Positions 48,930-57,873 of a DNA stretch of 64,000 bases are shown piece by piece (the stretch's first letter is position 1; each line of letters begins with the position of its first letter). Origin of the DNA: Alphaproteobacteria bacterium (GTDB taxonomy: Bacteria > Pseudomonadota > Alphaproteobacteria > Paracaedibacterales > CAITNM01); assembly GCA_947478955.1 (NCBI GenBank), contig CANJXJ010000001.1, positions 53,746-117,745 on the forward strand. The letters run 5' to 3'. The notes beneath the pieces are model-generated. The model saw nothing but the letters and a program-made list of their open reading frames with translations, was not told the DNA's origin and did not search any database. Made by a program: the position numbers and the translations under genes.

Positions 48930-49874
48930 TTATTGATAGACAGTTAGTTCTTTAAGGTTCATCACAACAGTAATGCCTTCACTTGAAGTTGTTTCCATAG
49001 CGCTTATCACACCAGTTGAAAACACTTCAATATTGTTTTCCTCATAATCTGGAACCGGATTGGAAGATTCAAGACTGTATAAGGCCTGTTGTAGACGCCA
49101 GAGCTTGCTGGAAGGCAAAAGTGAATTATTTTTCAAAGCTACTTTTTTATCTTTTAACGGTACAATCACCGTGTTAATCCTTACTGGTTCATGCGCTTCA
49201 TAAGTAGCATCGAAAACGATTTGATCAGATAATACTTTTCTTCCTTTTTCAATAGCCTCTAATATTTTTTCAAGATGACCAATGGGGAACACAAGGTGTT
49301 TGTCAGTTATAAAACCATCCATTTCTGGTTTTTGAAAATAAATTCTCCATTCTGCGTTTTCGCCAAGCTCTGCCCCACCTTGTAAAATAGATTCTGAAGC
49401 GCCGTCACGAAAATTTTCAATATGAAAAGAAACTTCTGTAGGAGATTCCCATGAGGCAATATTACGCTCAATAGTAGTGGTAGTTCCATCATAGTAGTGA
49501 ATTTGAATTTCTAAATTTTGCTTATATGTCCACCCATCTTTTGTTTTGATAAGTTCAATTGAACTTTGACCAGTAACATTATTGACGGTCGGATCATTTG
49601 GTTTTTTAAAAGGGTGAAGGCGAATTTCATAAATAGCCTTATGGGGTATGAGTTTGAAAGACTGCGGTTCCTCAGGAGCTACCGGAGCCTCCTTCTGTGA
49701 GGCTTCCCCGACAGGTTGAGATGTTTCGATAGCTTCTAAGCCAGGAACAACATCTTCTTTGTTTCTTGTCTGATCAACTAATTGAATAACTTGTGCTTGT
49801 TCTGAAGAGGAATAACTTGCTTCGCCAAAAAGAGTGACAACCGAAAACAAAAGAAGCGTGCAAAATTTGCCCAC
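48930..49874 (-). CDS. Exported protein of unknown function (weak resemblance to DUF1849/EipB-type periplasmic proteins)
   Basis: GTG start. Signal peptide (CTLLLFSVVTLFGEASY). The segment LIPHKAIYEIRL recalls the start of alphaproteobacterial DUF1849 proteins. The family assignment is from memory and weak. Confidence 0.4.
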   Translation of the reverse strand: MGKFCTLLLFSVVTLFGEASYSSSEQAQVIQLVDQTRNKEDVVPGLEAIETSQPVGEASQKEAPVAPEEPQSFKLIPHKAIYEIRLHPFKKPNDPTVNNVTGQSSIELIKTKDGWTYKQNLEIQIHYYDGTTTTIERNIASWESPTEVSFHIENFRDGASESILQGGAELGENAEWRIYFQKPEMDGFITDKHLVFPIGHLEKILEAIEKGRKVLSDQIVFDATYEAHEPVRINTVIVPLKDKKVALKNNSLLPSSKLWRLQQALYSLESSNPVPDYEENNIEVFSTGVISAMETTSSEGITVVMNLKELTVYQ

Positions 49875-50124
49875 GGGATAAAAATCTATAACTTAACTAA
49901 AACAGCATATCAACTATTTCGTTCATTTTCTGCTACCTATTGTGTGCAGCAGAATTATTTTAGGCGACCGTTGTCTTTTAAGCACGGTTAGGGGACTCTT
50001 TGTTACTTTAAATAAAAAACTAGAAAAAATTTAAAAAATCAGCTCTCATCAGTAATGTGAGAATAGAAAATGTTTTAAAGGCAAGTTTATAGGTGGTCAT
50101 TGCCTGATGATGAAGATTACCCCC

Positions 50125-50158
50125 CTGACTATTCCGCACCGATTCACAGAATAGTCAG
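50125..50158 (-). terminator. Inverted repeat just after the fliW stop (possible operon-end hairpin)
   Basis: CTGACTATTC-14 nt-GAATAGTCAG, a perfect 10-bp stem, 9 nt past the fliW stop. There is no U tract on the minus strand, so the terminator function is uncertain. Confidence 0.3.
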
Positions 50159-50167
50159 AAAAATTCC

Positions 50168-50638
50168 TTAAACTAAATAATGCTTCACTTGATAAGTAAC
50201 GCTATCTAAAATAATTTGCCATCCTTCTTGTCGACCCGGCGCCAATATAATGGGTGCTTTGGTATTTACACTAACACGCTGTTTTCCTTCTTCATTGTGA
50301 ATAGAGGTTACTAAAAATATCGCAACATCTTCTAGCTTAAGATTACGAGCTAGAAGATGAGGCTCCAAATCTTTAGGATCCACAATACTTGAGCCATTTG
50401 AGTTCAAGACAATATTCATGATGATCAATGCCAAATTTGGCTCTTCGGTTGATTGTAAATATCTGTACATCTCAGGGGTGTATTCATAAGGTAAAAATGT
50501 AATGATAAAATCCTTTAGATTCCCAAATCCATAAATTCCATTTTTGAAAGAGAATATATCCTCATGGGTGTACTCAAGTTCACCTACACTAGTTGTAAGA
50601 CGCTTTTTTAATTTACTTAAAGACGTTGTTCTGGTCAT
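50168..50638 (-). CDS. fliW: Flagellar assembly factor FliW
   Basis: 156 aa. Blocks: FSFKNGIYGFGNLKDFII, YLQSTEEPNLALIIMN, VNTKAPIILAPGRQEGWQIIL. These match the FliW pattern (G.pGF, LqS.e.p.l.F, N..aPi.in...g.Q.il). It is the last gene of the flgK-flgL cluster. Confidence 0.72.
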   Translation of the reverse strand: MTRTTSLSKLKKRLTTSVGELEYTHEDIFSFKNGIYGFGNLKDFIITFLPYEYTPEMYRYLQSTEEPNLALIIMNIVLNSNGSSIVDPKDLEPHLLARNLKLEDVAIFLVTSIHNEEGKQRVSVNTKAPIILAPGRQEGWQIILDSVTYQVKHYLV

Positions 50639-50654
50639 ATTCTCATCCTTATCC

Positions 50655-51563
50655 TTATCCTTGTTTTAGCATTGCAGCTGCTTCTTGTGCTTTACGGCTT
50701 TGTTGGGTAAATAAGTGTTGTCGGATATCTTCCATAACCGATAAAGTTGTAACTTTAGCTAGCAAATCTTCAATGCTATCTTCGGTCGTTTCTTCTCGGA
50801 GTCTAACTGCTTGGCTAATTAATTCTGATAACTCATCATCTTGCTCTGTGACACCATTAAGCTGGTCTAATTTTTGGTAGTACTTTGACAAAAGCGCTTT
50901 ATGAGCATCGGCAGCAAAAGTACTGGCTTGTTCAGCGGCTGTGTCGGAGCCTGTAGCTGAAGTGCCAAGCGTGCAAATTGCATGGTAAAGACTAGCAATT
51001 TCTGCATCAAAATCATTGCCTGACATTGTAACCGTATCGCCCATGTCATTAATATAAACAGTGATGGAGCCAGACACCGGGATGCTGTAATCGGTTGCAG
51101 AACCTGTATCAGCTGTAAATGTTGACGCAATAGGTGTATTTTGTGTAGCTACGCCTCCCATAGCATATTCCCCGGAAAGTGGATCGACTCTATTACCGAT
51201 GCTGTGAAATTTATCTTTAAAGTTTTGCTGAGCACTTGCTAACCCTGGTTTGATTCCTCCTAAGGTATAGCTGCCTGGCATAAATTCAGAATGAATCTCC
51301 TTTGCCAATTTCATAAAATCATCTAATGCCAAAAGCTGGGTCCTTAAGCGGCTTTCAACAAGCTTGTTACCCTTTTCAAACCCTTCTAGCCGCTGAATTT
51401 GATTTGTAGTGGTAATACTTACATCTATTTGCGATGGAGTTTTGTCAGACCAAGGTGCTTGTGCTCCCCCGTTTGCAAGCTTTTCGCTATATCTTTGCCG
51501 TTCTGCGCGAACATCTCTTAAGCTATTTGCCAAAGAACTTAAACTGCTGGTTATTGCTGTCAT
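50655..51563 (-). CDS. flgL: Flagellar hook-associated protein 3 (FlgL-like, flagellin superfamily)
   Basis: 302 aa, directly downstream of flgK. The N-terminal helical region contains SDKTPSQI (compare the FlgL psDdP block). The C-terminus is helical. The protein is divergent, so the call rests partly on synteny. Confidence 0.55.
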   Translation of the reverse strand: MTAITSSLSSLANSLRDVRAERQRYSEKLANGGAQAPWSDKTPSQIDVSITTTNQIQRLEGFEKGNKLVESRLRTQLLALDDFMKLAKEIHSEFMPGSYTLGGIKPGLASAQQNFKDKFHSIGNRVDPLSGEYAMGGVATQNTPIASTFTADTGSATDYSIPVSGSITVYINDMGDTVTMSGNDFDAEIASLYHAICTLGTSATGSDTAAEQASTFAADAHKALLSKYYQKLDQLNGVTEQDDELSELISQAVRLREETTEDSIEDLLAKVTTLSVMEDIRQHLFTQQSRKAQEAAAMLKQG

Positions 51564-51582
51564 ACCAAATTCCTATTCATTA

Positions 51583-53517
51583 CTACTTACCCATTTCTGC
51601 AATACGGTCCATCATGCGCCAATACATATTCATAAAAGAAAAATACAAATCCTGACTTTTTGAAATTTCCATTGAACGTATTGCTATCTCTTGTTCATCC
51701 ATTCCATATTTTTGAGAAAAGAGTTCTTTTTGCTGTTTATATGCTTCTGTTTGTGCTTCTTTATCTGCTTGTAAGGTGCTAACTTTGTTTGCAACCTCTT
51801 TAACTAAACCTGAAGAAAAAGCTTCTAGGGTTTGGGAAACTGTTCCCCCGGTGGGGGTTACAAAAGTTGTTTTCGTTCGGGTGAATAAATCACTGAGAGC
51901 GCGACCAATAACTGGATCACCTGACACGGCTTGCGCTGCCCCCAGGGCATCATCTCGTAATTTATCGACTGAAAAATAATCAGGATTATCTAACATTGAG
52001 CTATTAACGCTAAGGTTAGAAGCTAAGCCTGTAATTGCGCCGCCACGATAAAATGTCGCAGGCGCTGTAATCACATCATTTAAATGAAAAAATTCACTAA
52101 ACCCATAAGCGGTAGACCCCGGAATAGAAATTGTAGGTGACCCTGAACCAGAAACACTTCCCAAGCTTATGCCGCAACTAGGGTCAGCTGTAGTAATTTT
52201 TAAAGAATTTGTTGCCGGGTCTACGCTAGCTGTAACATGCCCTGTTAATGTTACATTGTTGTTAATCAAACTACATAACTGGGTAACAGTCGTTGCCGTA
52301 CTAATGTCAATATCTGCACTATAAGTAGCTAAATTAGTAGAAGTATTAATGACAGCAACTTTTAGGGTACCTGCAGACGTTATCGCCAAAGCCCCTGTTA
52401 AACTCGCGCCGCCAATATAACCTGAGCTGCCTTGTAATGTTGTACGAGGCTTAATTGCTGAGCTTAAGTTATGAACGGCGTTAAATGAATCACGCAGTCC
52501 TGCAGCGTAAGCGTCCAGCTCTTGGGCAAATAAAGCGGAATCACTTTGTAAAAATTGCATGATTCCTGATATGGAGCCTCCTACCGTATCAGAAAAATCA
52601 TTGGATACATCAAAAACGAAAGCTTCTTCTCTTCTATAATAGTAATTATTTCCATCCAGTGCAGGGGGCACTGTCGCTGCACCTGCTTCTGCATTTGTTG
52701 GGTCCACAGAAATTGATTTCAATGTGATGGTTCCTGCACCAAAAGTTTGAGAGGCGTCAATTTGCGTGGGAGGAGTGTAAATAAATTCGGAATATATGTC
52801 TTTTTGAACAAGGACACGGCCTTTTGGAGTGTAGACCAAAAAATCGCTATTGGTGTCTTCTACTTTAATTTCAATGTATTCTGATAAAGTATCTAACTTA
52901 GCACGGCGCTGCTGCTTGTAAGAAATATTAGAAGATGAAGTAGCGCCAGGCGCATCCATACTGGCGTTAATGGTGGCGATATCTTTTAGTAATTCATTGA
53001 TTTTTGGAAGTTGGCTTGTTAATTCTTTTGAAGCAGCATCGCGCAAATTTTGTAATTTATCAGCGACACTTCTTATTTGACGAGCATGATCTTTTATCGC
53101 TTCCATTACCGCTTTTTTATTAGCTGAATTATCACCACCTTGGCTACATAAGGTATTTATGGTTGTGACAATTTTATTTCCACTGGTAATAAAGGCATTG
53201 CTTCCACCCATTTGCCCAAAGGCATTTTGATATTCTCCTATATATTTTTCAAGCGAAGTCATTTTTTCTGCTTGTGCGGCAAGGGTACGTAATTGATTTT
53301 CTACATCAATGTCGGTGACTTCTTGAAAGTCTCCTTCTGTAATACCAATGGCATTCCCATTAGCATCATAGTAAAGTGAAGATTCTTGAACAACGCGGGT
53401 AAAGCCTGGCTTATCCATGGCAACCATATCAGCTTCAAGGCGTTTCATTTCATGAGACTTTTGTTTTAAGGCGGCTAAAACTAACCCAACACCTGAACCC
53501 CAAATTTCACTTACCAT
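51583..53517 (-). CDS. flgK: Flagellar hook-associated protein 1
   Basis: 644 aa. N-terminal rod/hook-type helix (GLVLAALKQKSHEMKRLEADMVAMDKPGFTR). Large Ser/Thr/Gly-rich central domain. C-terminal DEQEIAIRSMEISKSQDLYFSFMNMYWRMMDRI (compare FlgK DEEmanL..yQ.ay.A). Confidence 0.72.
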   Translation of the reverse strand: MVSEIWGSGVGLVLAALKQKSHEMKRLEADMVAMDKPGFTRVVQESSLYYDANGNAIGITEGDFQEVTDIDVENQLRTLAAQAEKMTSLEKYIGEYQNAFGQMGGSNAFITSGNKIVTTINTLCSQGGDNSANKKAVMEAIKDHARQIRSVADKLQNLRDAASKELTSQLPKINELLKDIATINASMDAPGATSSSNISYKQQRRAKLDTLSEYIEIKVEDTNSDFLVYTPKGRVLVQKDIYSEFIYTPPTQIDASQTFGAGTITLKSISVDPTNAEAGAATVPPALDGNNYYYRREEAFVFDVSNDFSDTVGGSISGIMQFLQSDSALFAQELDAYAAGLRDSFNAVHNLSSAIKPRTTLQGSSGYIGGASLTGALAITSAGTLKVAVINTSTNLATYSADIDISTATTVTQLCSLINNNVTLTGHVTASVDPATNSLKITTADPSCGISLGSVSGSGSPTISIPGSTAYGFSEFFHLNDVITAPATFYRGGAITGLASNLSVNSSMLDNPDYFSVDKLRDDALGAAQAVSGDPVIGRALSDLFTRTKTTFVTPTGGTVSQTLEAFSSGLVKEVANKVSTLQADKEAQTEAYKQQKELFSQKYGMDEQEIAIRSMEISKSQDLYFSFMNMYWRMMDRIAEMGK

Positions 53518-53526
53518 GCATTTCTC

Positions 53527-53943
53527 CTATACCATTTGCTGCACACCCAAACTTGGGGCATAGGAGTTTTCAAATAACTTACCAGAAGCAGTGTAGAATG
53601 CTGGTTTGCTTTTCATTTTATTAAAATAGATCTCCATGAGCTTCTTGTTGCCGCGCTTAGAGATATCTAATAGCTTAAGATTTTGTTGGATCGTGTCTGT
53701 AACAGATTTCAATAACTGGCTGATGTTTTGTCGCTGTGATTTCTCAAGTTGTTCCCAATAGGTTGGATCAAGTAATTGGTTAGCGCAGTGTTGGTTACTT
53801 TCAAACAGTTCTGCTTTTTTTTGCAGCAATGAATCTAGTTGAGCCAGATGAGTATCTTTTAAGTGTTGCTCTTCTATTTGCATAAGCACCAACAGGCTTT
53901 CTGCAGTTTTACAAAAATCATCATATACCTTAGAGAAGGACAT
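53527..53943 (-). CDS. FlgN-like flagellar export chaperone (tentative)
   Basis: 138-aa all-helical protein with heptad Leu/Gln/Glu pattern, located between the rod-binding protein gene and flgK. The call rests on position and composition only. Confidence 0.4.
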   Translation of the reverse strand: MSFSKVYDDFCKTAESLLVLMQIEEQHLKDTHLAQLDSLLQKKAELFESNQHCANQLLDPTYWEQLEKSQRQNISQLLKSVTDTIQQNLKLLDISKRGNKKLMEIYFNKMKSKPAFYTASGKLFENSYAPSLGVQQMV

Positions 53944-54304
53944 CGACTGGCTCCTTCTTTTCGGGGATATTCAATGTTTCCGGGGCGCTCTCTATTCCCA
54001 TCGTTTGATATAAACTTTTCGTAATGCTGGCTCTGATATTAAGGGACTCTGCTCCTCCCGACATAGCAATTGCCTCAATAAACATAGAACGCAATATTCC
54101 TGCTGCGTGGCTATCGCCAAACAATGCGCTATCTTCAGTTGTTGCAAACATAGATTTTACAAGGTGTGCATAACACATGGACTGAAACTCCCCCGCAACC
54201 CGATCAATTTCTTTTTCTTCTGTTCGGCTACGGGAAAGCGCTTCCAATTTGCCAAGCGAGGCTTGTGCGTTAAGGGTTGAAATATCAACATTTGATTGGA
54301 TCAT
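53930..54304 (-). CDS. flgJ: Flagellar rod-binding protein (FlgJ N-terminal-domain type, no muramidase domain)
   Basis: 124 aa. EFQSMCYAHLVKSMFATTEDSALFGDSHAAGILRSMFIEAIA follows the Rod-binding domain pattern (FE..fl.qmlKsMr......fgg......y..m......a). Lies directly downstream of flgI. Confidence 0.62.
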   Translation of the reverse strand: MIQSNVDISTLNAQASLGKLEALSRSRTEEKEIDRVAGEFQSMCYAHLVKSMFATTEDSALFGDSHAAGILRSMFIEAIAMSGGAESLNIRASITKSLYQTMGIESAPETLNIPEKKEPVDVLL

Positions 54305-54307
54305 TAT

Positions 54308-55969
54308 TTAACTCACTATAACTTCAGCATGCAGCGCACCTGCTGCTTTTATGCTTTGCAAAATTTGTGCCATCTCGCGGGGGGATGTACCTAGAAGGTT
54401 TAAGGCATTTACCAACTCCTCAAGGTCTGCCCCAGCATCTAAAATCGCAAATTTTCCTTTTTGTTCATCAATTTTTAGATTGGTTTCAGGTACCAAAGTT
54501 GCTTGCTGAAGCGGTGAGTTAGAGTTAAGCGCCGCATTCATTATTGAAGGCGCTTGATTTAAAAAACTTTGTTGTGGGGCACCTTGTGTGGAGGCTACGG
54601 GAGCAGAAACAATAGCACCTATTGCTGATGCTATTTGAATGGGAGTAGCCGCTGCAGGTAGAGTCGACATTGCCGCAATGATTTGAACAGCAGTTGTGCC
54701 TGCAGGGATAGCAACCGGCGCAGCTGGATTAACGCCAGGGCCGGCACCAGCGGCTCCTAATGCGGCAGCTATTGTTGCAAGTGATGCCTTTGCTGGAAGG
54801 GCAGCTAGCGCAGCAGCTATTATTGGGGGGGTGGCAGTTGCAAGAAGAACGGCAGGTATTGCAGGGCCCAATGCGGCAGGAGTTTGAGCAGCCGTTTGAA
54901 CAACCGAGGCAGCAGCATTTTGCCCAGCTACTCCATTTAAAGCCAATCCAAGTCCAACAGGCGCACCTGGATTATTTGCCAATGGATTAACCACTTGGGT
55001 AAATGGATTTGGTTGTGAAACAGAAGCGGATTCAGCAATACGAACGGTGACCGATCCATGGGTTAAGGCCACCGGACTAATGCGGACTTTATTGCCTAGA
55101 ACAATCACGCCTGATGGGTCAATAATGACCTTAGCTGTTTGATCAGGTTCAATTTCTAATTTCTCAATTTGAGTCATTGCATCAATAATTTTTTCAGATG
55201 ATCCTTTCGGCATCTCAATATTAATACTTGCGGAGTCTTGAGTTGATGCTACCGTGCGTTGAAAATGCCCATTGATAGCTTCTGCTACACGCTTGGCTGT
55301 AGTTAAATCTGGGCTGCCTAAGCTTAAGGTTTGATTTTTTAAATCAGTTAATTGAAAAGCAATTTCTTTTTCAACAATTGCTCCATTGGGAATCTTTGCA
55401 GATGTTGGAATACCAGTTACTTGTGACGCAGCAACTCCTTGAGCAGAAGTGCCTGACACAATAACTTCACCTTGTCCAACTGCATAAACTTCTCCATCAG
55501 CTGCCATCAACGGAGTTACTAATAGAGTACCACCGTTTAAATCTTTGGCGTCTCCTAAAGCGGACACAACAATATCGATAGTTGTTCCAGTACGGGCAAA
55601 TGGCGGTAATTTTGCGGTAACCATAACAGCTGCTACATTTTTCCCTGAAGGTAGCGAGTTATCACGAATGTTGACCCCTAAACGTTCAAGCATGCCAATG
55701 AGGCTTTCCTTTGTGTAAGGAGAGCTTGAAAGTGTATCACCAGTTCCGTTTAAGCCAACAACCAGGCCATAACCAACTAATTGGTTGTCGCGAATGCCTG
55801 CAAATTTAGCGATATCTTTAATCCGAACCTTTAGAGTTTTATTAGAAGAAGCAGGTGTGCGTATAATTGCCTTGTGGGTTAGAACTTGAGGTTCTTTAAC
55901 CTTGGATTCTTCACCTGGGGCAGCGTTTAAACTGAACCATAAACATATGATGGTATATAAAAAAACCAT
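54308..55969 (-). CDS. flgI: Flagellar P-ring protein FlgI with a large internal low-complexity insertion
   Basis: FlgI blocks: IKDIAKFAGIRDNQLVGYGLVVGLNGTGD, GGTLLVTPLMAADGEVYAVGQG, VSQPNPF, LVNALNLLGTSPREMAQILQSIKAAGALHAEVIV. Start chosen at the second ATG (55969), given the promoter at 55997-56012 and a GAAAGGG SD-like element. The ORF is open to 55987. Confidence 0.88.
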   Translation of the reverse strand: MVFLYTIICLWFSLNAAPGEESKVKEPQVLTHKAIIRTPASSNKTLKVRIKDIAKFAGIRDNQLVGYGLVVGLNGTGDTLSSSPYTKESLIGMLERLGVNIRDNSLPSGKNVAAVMVTAKLPPFARTGTTIDIVVSALGDAKDLNGGTLLVTPLMAADGEVYAVGQGEVIVSGTSAQGVAASQVTGIPTSAKIPNGAIVEKEIAFQLTDLKNQTLSLGSPDLTTAKRVAEAINGHFQRTVASTQDSASINIEMPKGSSEKIIDAMTQIEKLEIEPDQTAKVIIDPSGVIVLGNKVRISPVALTHGSVTVRIAESASVSQPNPFTQVVNPLANNPGAPVGLGLALNGVAGQNAAASVVQTAAQTPAALGPAIPAVLLATATPPIIAAALAALPAKASLATIAAALGAAGAGPGVNPAAPVAIPAGTTAVQIIAAMSTLPAAATPIQIASAIGAIVSAPVASTQGAPQQSFLNQAPSIMNAALNSNSPLQQATLVPETNLKIDEQKGKFAILDAGADLEELVNALNLLGTSPREMAQILQSIKAAGALHAEVIVS

Positions 55970-55996
55970 AACAACCCTTTCTGTCATTATGGTTTA

Positions 55997-56012
55997 TGCA
56001 AGTTTCGTGCCA
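55997..56012 (-). promoter_or_regulatory. Sigma-54 (RpoN) -24/-12 promoter upstream of flgI
   Basis: The minus strand reads TGGCAC-GAAAC-TTGCA, an exact match to the TGGCAC-N5-TTGCW consensus. The GC of the -12 element lies about 12 nt upstream of position 55987. Confidence 0.7.
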
Positions 56013-56121
56013 ATGGGGAATGAGGTTATTTACTTGGTTTAAGCTTCACTTGCTAGACCTTTATCTTTAGGGATCCTGGGGTCAAGCCAGAAGAAAACTA
56101 GAAAGAGCCGTTCCGCAGTAT

Positions 56122-56142
56122 CCCTACGACTTTATCGTAGGG
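56122..56142 (-). other. Palindrome/hairpin between tolC and flgI (tolC terminator or activator-binding site)
   Basis: CCCTACGA-cttta-TCGTAGGG (8-bp stem), 35 nt after the tolC stop and about 110-130 nt upstream of the sigma-54 promoter. No U tract follows on the minus strand. Confidence 0.3.
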
Positions 56143-56176
56143 TCCCTATCAATAACAACCTTTACCCATTTCTATT

Positions 56177-57547
56177 TTAGATATGATTTTTTATGTCTTC
56201 ATACTTTTGTTCAATATGGAAAATCTCAACCGGAAGCTGTAGTCCTTCTGCGGTTAGCTTTCCTTGCAATGAAAGCATGAGATAAAGATTTTCATAGTAC
56301 TTTTGTATCGTGCTAATTTGATTAAGTTTTGCTTCTAAAAGTTTAGTCTGAGCTTGCAAGACATCAAATAAAATTTTTGTCCCAACTTCCATTTCTTGCA
56401 TGTTTCCATCAACAGCAATTTGTTGTGCCTTAACTTGCTTTGTGGAATTGTCCATATTTGTTTTTGCAGCAAGGTATGCTCTGAATACTTGTCTACATGC
56501 CTGAATAATTTCTTTGCGAACTTTTTCAAAGGTAATACGGCTAGTTACCACATTTTCCCCGGCTTGGCGGCGTTGAGAACGAGTAACACCTGCATCATAC
56601 AACGGAACGGAAAGTGTTAAAGCAACCTGATTGTTGACTTGGGTAACTTTGGGGTTTGAGCTCTGGTAATTGAGGCTGTTGACAGACACCTTGTTGCGAT
56701 TAATATCTCTTGTGCTTGATGCTTCAACATCAACTGACGGCAATAATTGACCTGTATACGATTTTTTATTTTGCTTTGATGATGCAAGATCTTGAATTGC
56801 CTGAGTGATTTTTGGGTTATCTTTTAGTGCTATATCTTGCAATAATTCTGCCGATCCAGGCATATCAACCAGCTCTGTAGGGTGATCAACATGTTCAGGA
56901 GCCACAAGAGATGTTAACTGTTCAAAGGTAGCCTTGGCCGCTTCTAAGTCAGCTAAAGCACTTTCAAGTCTGGATTGCGCATCTGCATACTGTGCTTCTG
57001 CTGCTGATTCTTGAGTGAGGGTTTCTTCTCCAATACTACGTTTAGTGCTGGCCGTTTCGTAGTTTTTTCGCATTGAAACAACGTTTGCTTTATGGACTTC
57101 AACAGTTGCGTATTTCGCATATAACTCTAGATAGGCTCTTATAACTTTTAGGAAAACGTCCTGCTCTTTATCCTTTAATTGCGCCCAGGCACTAAAAATA
57201 TCATGTTCTGCTTTGGAAACTTTTGCTACATCGGTAAATCCTCTAAAAAGATTCTGAGAAACGATAACGCTTCCCTTATTGTCTTTTTTTATCCCTTTCT
57301 TATGCAAACTATCTGCATCACTCTTGGTTCTGCTACTTACAAGTGTATTCGATAGCTTTGCATCAATTCTTGGCCTAAAGCCACCTTTGGCTTGAACAAC
57401 TCCTTCATGAGCTGCAATAACTTTTTGACGTATCTCTAAAAGCTCTTGGTTATTCTGATAAGCTGATGCTAATGCATCTCGCACATTAAGTGCGTGCGCG
57501 GATCCACAAGCCAATGTGAAACCTAAAAACATAATACAATATTTCAT
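56177..57547 (-). CDS. tolC: TolC-family outer-membrane channel protein
   Basis: Signal peptide. LNVRDALASAYQNNQELLEIRQ start. Two-repeat coiled-coil/beta-barrel architecture. 456 aa. Sits in the alphaproteobacterial pcm-rhodanese-tolC context. Confidence 0.82.
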   Translation of the reverse strand: MKYCIMFLGFTLACGSAHALNVRDALASAYQNNQELLEIRQKVIAAHEGVVQAKGGFRPRIDAKLSNTLVSSRTKSDADSLHKKGIKKDNKGSVIVSQNLFRGFTDVAKVSKAEHDIFSAWAQLKDKEQDVFLKVIRAYLELYAKYATVEVHKANVVSMRKNYETASTKRSIGEETLTQESAAEAQYADAQSRLESALADLEAAKATFEQLTSLVAPEHVDHPTELVDMPGSAELLQDIALKDNPKITQAIQDLASSKQNKKSYTGQLLPSVDVEASSTRDINRNKVSVNSLNYQSSNPKVTQVNNQVALTLSVPLYDAGVTRSQRRQAGENVVTSRITFEKVRKEIIQACRQVFRAYLAAKTNMDNSTKQVKAQQIAVDGNMQEMEVGTKILFDVLQAQTKLLEAKLNQISTIQKYYENLYLMLSLQGKLTAEGLQLPVEIFHIEQKYEDIKNHI

Positions 57548-57561
57548 GATTACCTTAAAAT

Positions 57562-57870
57562 CTAATAAAGAGGCACTGAAGGATCAATTTCCCTAGACCA
57601 TGCATCTATTCCCCCATCCACATTGTAGACGGCGGTAAAACCATGTTGCAAGAGAAAATCAACGGCTCTGGCACTTCGTGCGCCATGATGGCACAATACT
57701 GCAATTGAGTTGGTAGGATCAAGCTCGTTAATTCTTGAGGGGATATCTTTTAAGGGCATATGGACAGATCCTGCCACGTGGGCCATGTCCCATTCCCATT
57801 TTTCTCGCACATCAAGCAGCAAGAAGTGTCCGAACTGTTCGTGTAATTTTTGAACTGATATTGATTTCAT
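57562..57870 (-). CDS. Single-domain rhodanese sulfurtransferase
   Basis: 102 aa. LLDVREKWEW. Active-site loop VLCHHGARS. C-terminal GGIDAW. Confidence 0.8.
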   Translation of the reverse strand: MKSISVQKLHEQFGHFLLLDVREKWEWDMAHVAGSVHMPLKDIPSRINELDPTNSIAVLCHHGARSARAVDFLLQHGFTAVYNVDGGIDAWSREIDPSVPLY

Positions 57871-57873
57871 TTG

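Noticed and set aside
49875-50124. 250-bp ORF-free region upstream of the exported-protein gene, inspected for an ncRNA.
   Set aside because: It has only weak 5-bp stems, and I recognise no conserved RNA motif. I treat it as a promoter/leader region.
54696-54990. Two + strand ORFs (63 and 76 aa) rich in Ala/Gly/Pro/Gln, inside flgI.
   Set aside because: They are antisense shadows of the GC-rich Ala/Pro insertion of FlgI, with no start context or motifs.
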